Position numbers and translations under genes: made by a program
Assembly: GCF_031769215.1 (NCBI RefSeq)
Contig: NW_026782134.1
Coordinates: 496,001-560,000 of the forward strand
Source: Ylistrum balloti
Lineage: Eukaryota
Length of the DNA: 64,000 nucleotides
Reading direction: 5' to 3'
Notes under the pieces: generated by a model
Told to the model about the DNA's origin: nothing
What the model saw: the letters and a program-made list of their open reading frames with translations, nothing else
Database searches by the model: none
Shown: piece after piece, positions 62,360 through 64,000 of the stretch
Numbering within the stretch: the first letter of the stretch is position 1
Layout: every line of letters starts with the position of its first letter

Positions 62360-62935
62360 ATCCATGGTGATGACAATACTGTTTATAGACACCTAGTATA
62401 GATTTTCCATAGTGATGACAATACTGTTTATATCTAGTATAGACGGTCCATAGTGATGACAACACTGCCTATAGTGATGACAACACTGCCCATAGTGATG
62501 ACAATACTGTTTACATGAATCTAGTATAGACTGCCCATAGTGATGACAACACTGCCCATAGTGATGACAACACTGTTTATAGATATCTAGTATAGACTGT
62601 TAATAGTGATGAAAACACTTCCCATAGTGATGACAATACTGTTTATATCTAGTATAGACGGTCCATAGTGATAACACTGTCCATAGTGATGACAATACTG
62701 TTTATAGATATCTAGTATAGACTTTCCATAGTGATAATACTGTCCATAGTGATGACAATACTGTTTACAGGTATCTCGTATAGGCTGTCCATAGTGATGA
62801 CAACACTGTCCATAGTGATGACAATACTGTTTACATGTATCTCGTATAGGCTGTCCATAGTGATGACAACACTGTCCATAGTGATGACAATACTGTTTAC
62901 ATGAATCTAGTATAGGCTGTCCATAGTGATGACAT
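62360..62935. repeat. Composite minisatellite: a 21-bp unit (CCATAGTGATGACAACACTGT) alternating with an extended unit of about 45 bp
   Basis: About 18 copies of the core; long and short units alternate regularly in the 3' half. Confidence 0.95.
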
Positions 62936-63392
62936 TTCAGTAAACATAGAGAGTATCGTGATATAACTTAACTGGTCTATTTAATATAACTACGACGAAA
63001 CTCGAGTTTTGTTCCATATTTCCCATACCCACCCCACCCCCTTATTTTACGTGAATCTTCTCTGAAACGGAGACCTGATTACTATACTAAAGTTGTAATA
63101 CGTTGTCTCCCGATTTAATATTCGATATACATTATGGACTGTATATCAGACACGAGTATTAGATTCTATGTCGGCCACGAGTATTACTTTCCATTGGCTT
63201 CTAGTATCAATGATATTCAGTTTCAGTATTAACAATTGAGTTCTAATAGAAAAGGATGAGTTCTTGGTCTAGCAACTATATCCTGGTACAGGCCACTGCA
63301 CTCTAAATCTATCTATTGGTCTCTATACCCACCATTGAGTTGTAATATTAATGTAGTTAAGTGGTTAACATATGTAAACGTGGCGTTTTAGT

Positions 63393-64000
63393 GTAATCTA
63401 GGGGTGTGGTCACTGGGAGGGGTACTGTAATCTTTGGGTGTGGTCACTGGGAGGTGTACTGTAATCTTAGGGTGTGGTTGTGGTCACTAGGAGGAGACCT
63501 GTAATCTGGGGGTTGTGGTCACTGGGAGGGGTACTGTAATCTGAGGGTGTGGTCACTGGGAGGAGTACTGTAATCTGGGGTGTGGTCATTGGGAGGAGTA
63601 CTGTAATCTGAGGGTGTGGTCACTGGGAGGGGTACTGTAATCTGAGGGTGTGGTCACTGGGAGGAGTACTGTAATCTGGGGTGTGGTCATTGGGAGGAGT
63701 ACTGTAATCTGAGGGTGTGGTCACTGGGAGGAGTACTGTAATCTGAGGGTGTGGTCACTGGGAGGGGTACTGTAATCTGGGGGTTGTGGTCACTGTGAGG
63801 GGTACTGTAATCTGGGGTGTGGTCAGTGGGAGGAGAACTGTAATTTGGGGGTTGTGGTCACTGTGAGGGGTAGTGTAATCTGGGGTGTGGTCAGTGGGAG
63901 GAGAACTGTAATTTGGGGGTGGTTACCGGGAGGGATACTGTAATCTGGGTTTGTGGTCACTGGGAGGAGTACTGTAATCCGGGGGTGTGGTCACTAGGAG
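63393..64000. repeat. 33/34-bp minisatellite (GTAATCTGAGGGTGTGGTCACTGGGAGGAGTACT), running off the window end
   Basis: Direct periodicity. Confidence 0.97.

Noticed and set aside
62360-62935. RTGATGA C-box motifs suggesting a snoRNA array
   Set aside because: There are no matching CTGA D boxes or terminal stems; the motif is simply part of the repeat unit.

Overview
AT-rich, repeat-dense eukaryotic (metazoan) genomic DNA with several N gaps. A bivalve-like mollusc is inferred from the transposon repertoire and the spliced gene; this is not proven. The only well-supported host gene is a plus-strand GT10 alpha-1,3/4-fucosyltransferase. It is best modelled as two coding exons, join(17078..17106,18288..19437), giving 392 aa with type II Golgi membrane topology, rather than the 401-aa ORF in the track. 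The rest is decayed retroelements and about 20 unrelated minisatellites. The retroelements are an I-clade LINE with a nested RTE-X-like LINE and a 5-bp TSD, a DIRS remnant with an in-frame 48-bp expansion in gag, two Gypsy remnants, two CR1 pieces, an L1/Tx1 RT piece, an LTR-like segment and tRNA-SINE-like heads. The minisatellites account for most long low-complexity ORFs in the track. No CRISPR array, rRNA or genuine tRNA was found. No clearly novel biological system is demonstrated. The best leads are the strong co-orientation of retroelement remnants (possible uni-strand piRNA-cluster-like or intronic domain), RTE-X fragments found twice just after I-clade RNase H, a possibly Gmr1-type Gypsy remnant, and a few unexplained coding-like or hairpin segments. 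All family assignments come from hand translation and remembered consensus motifs, not from database searches.
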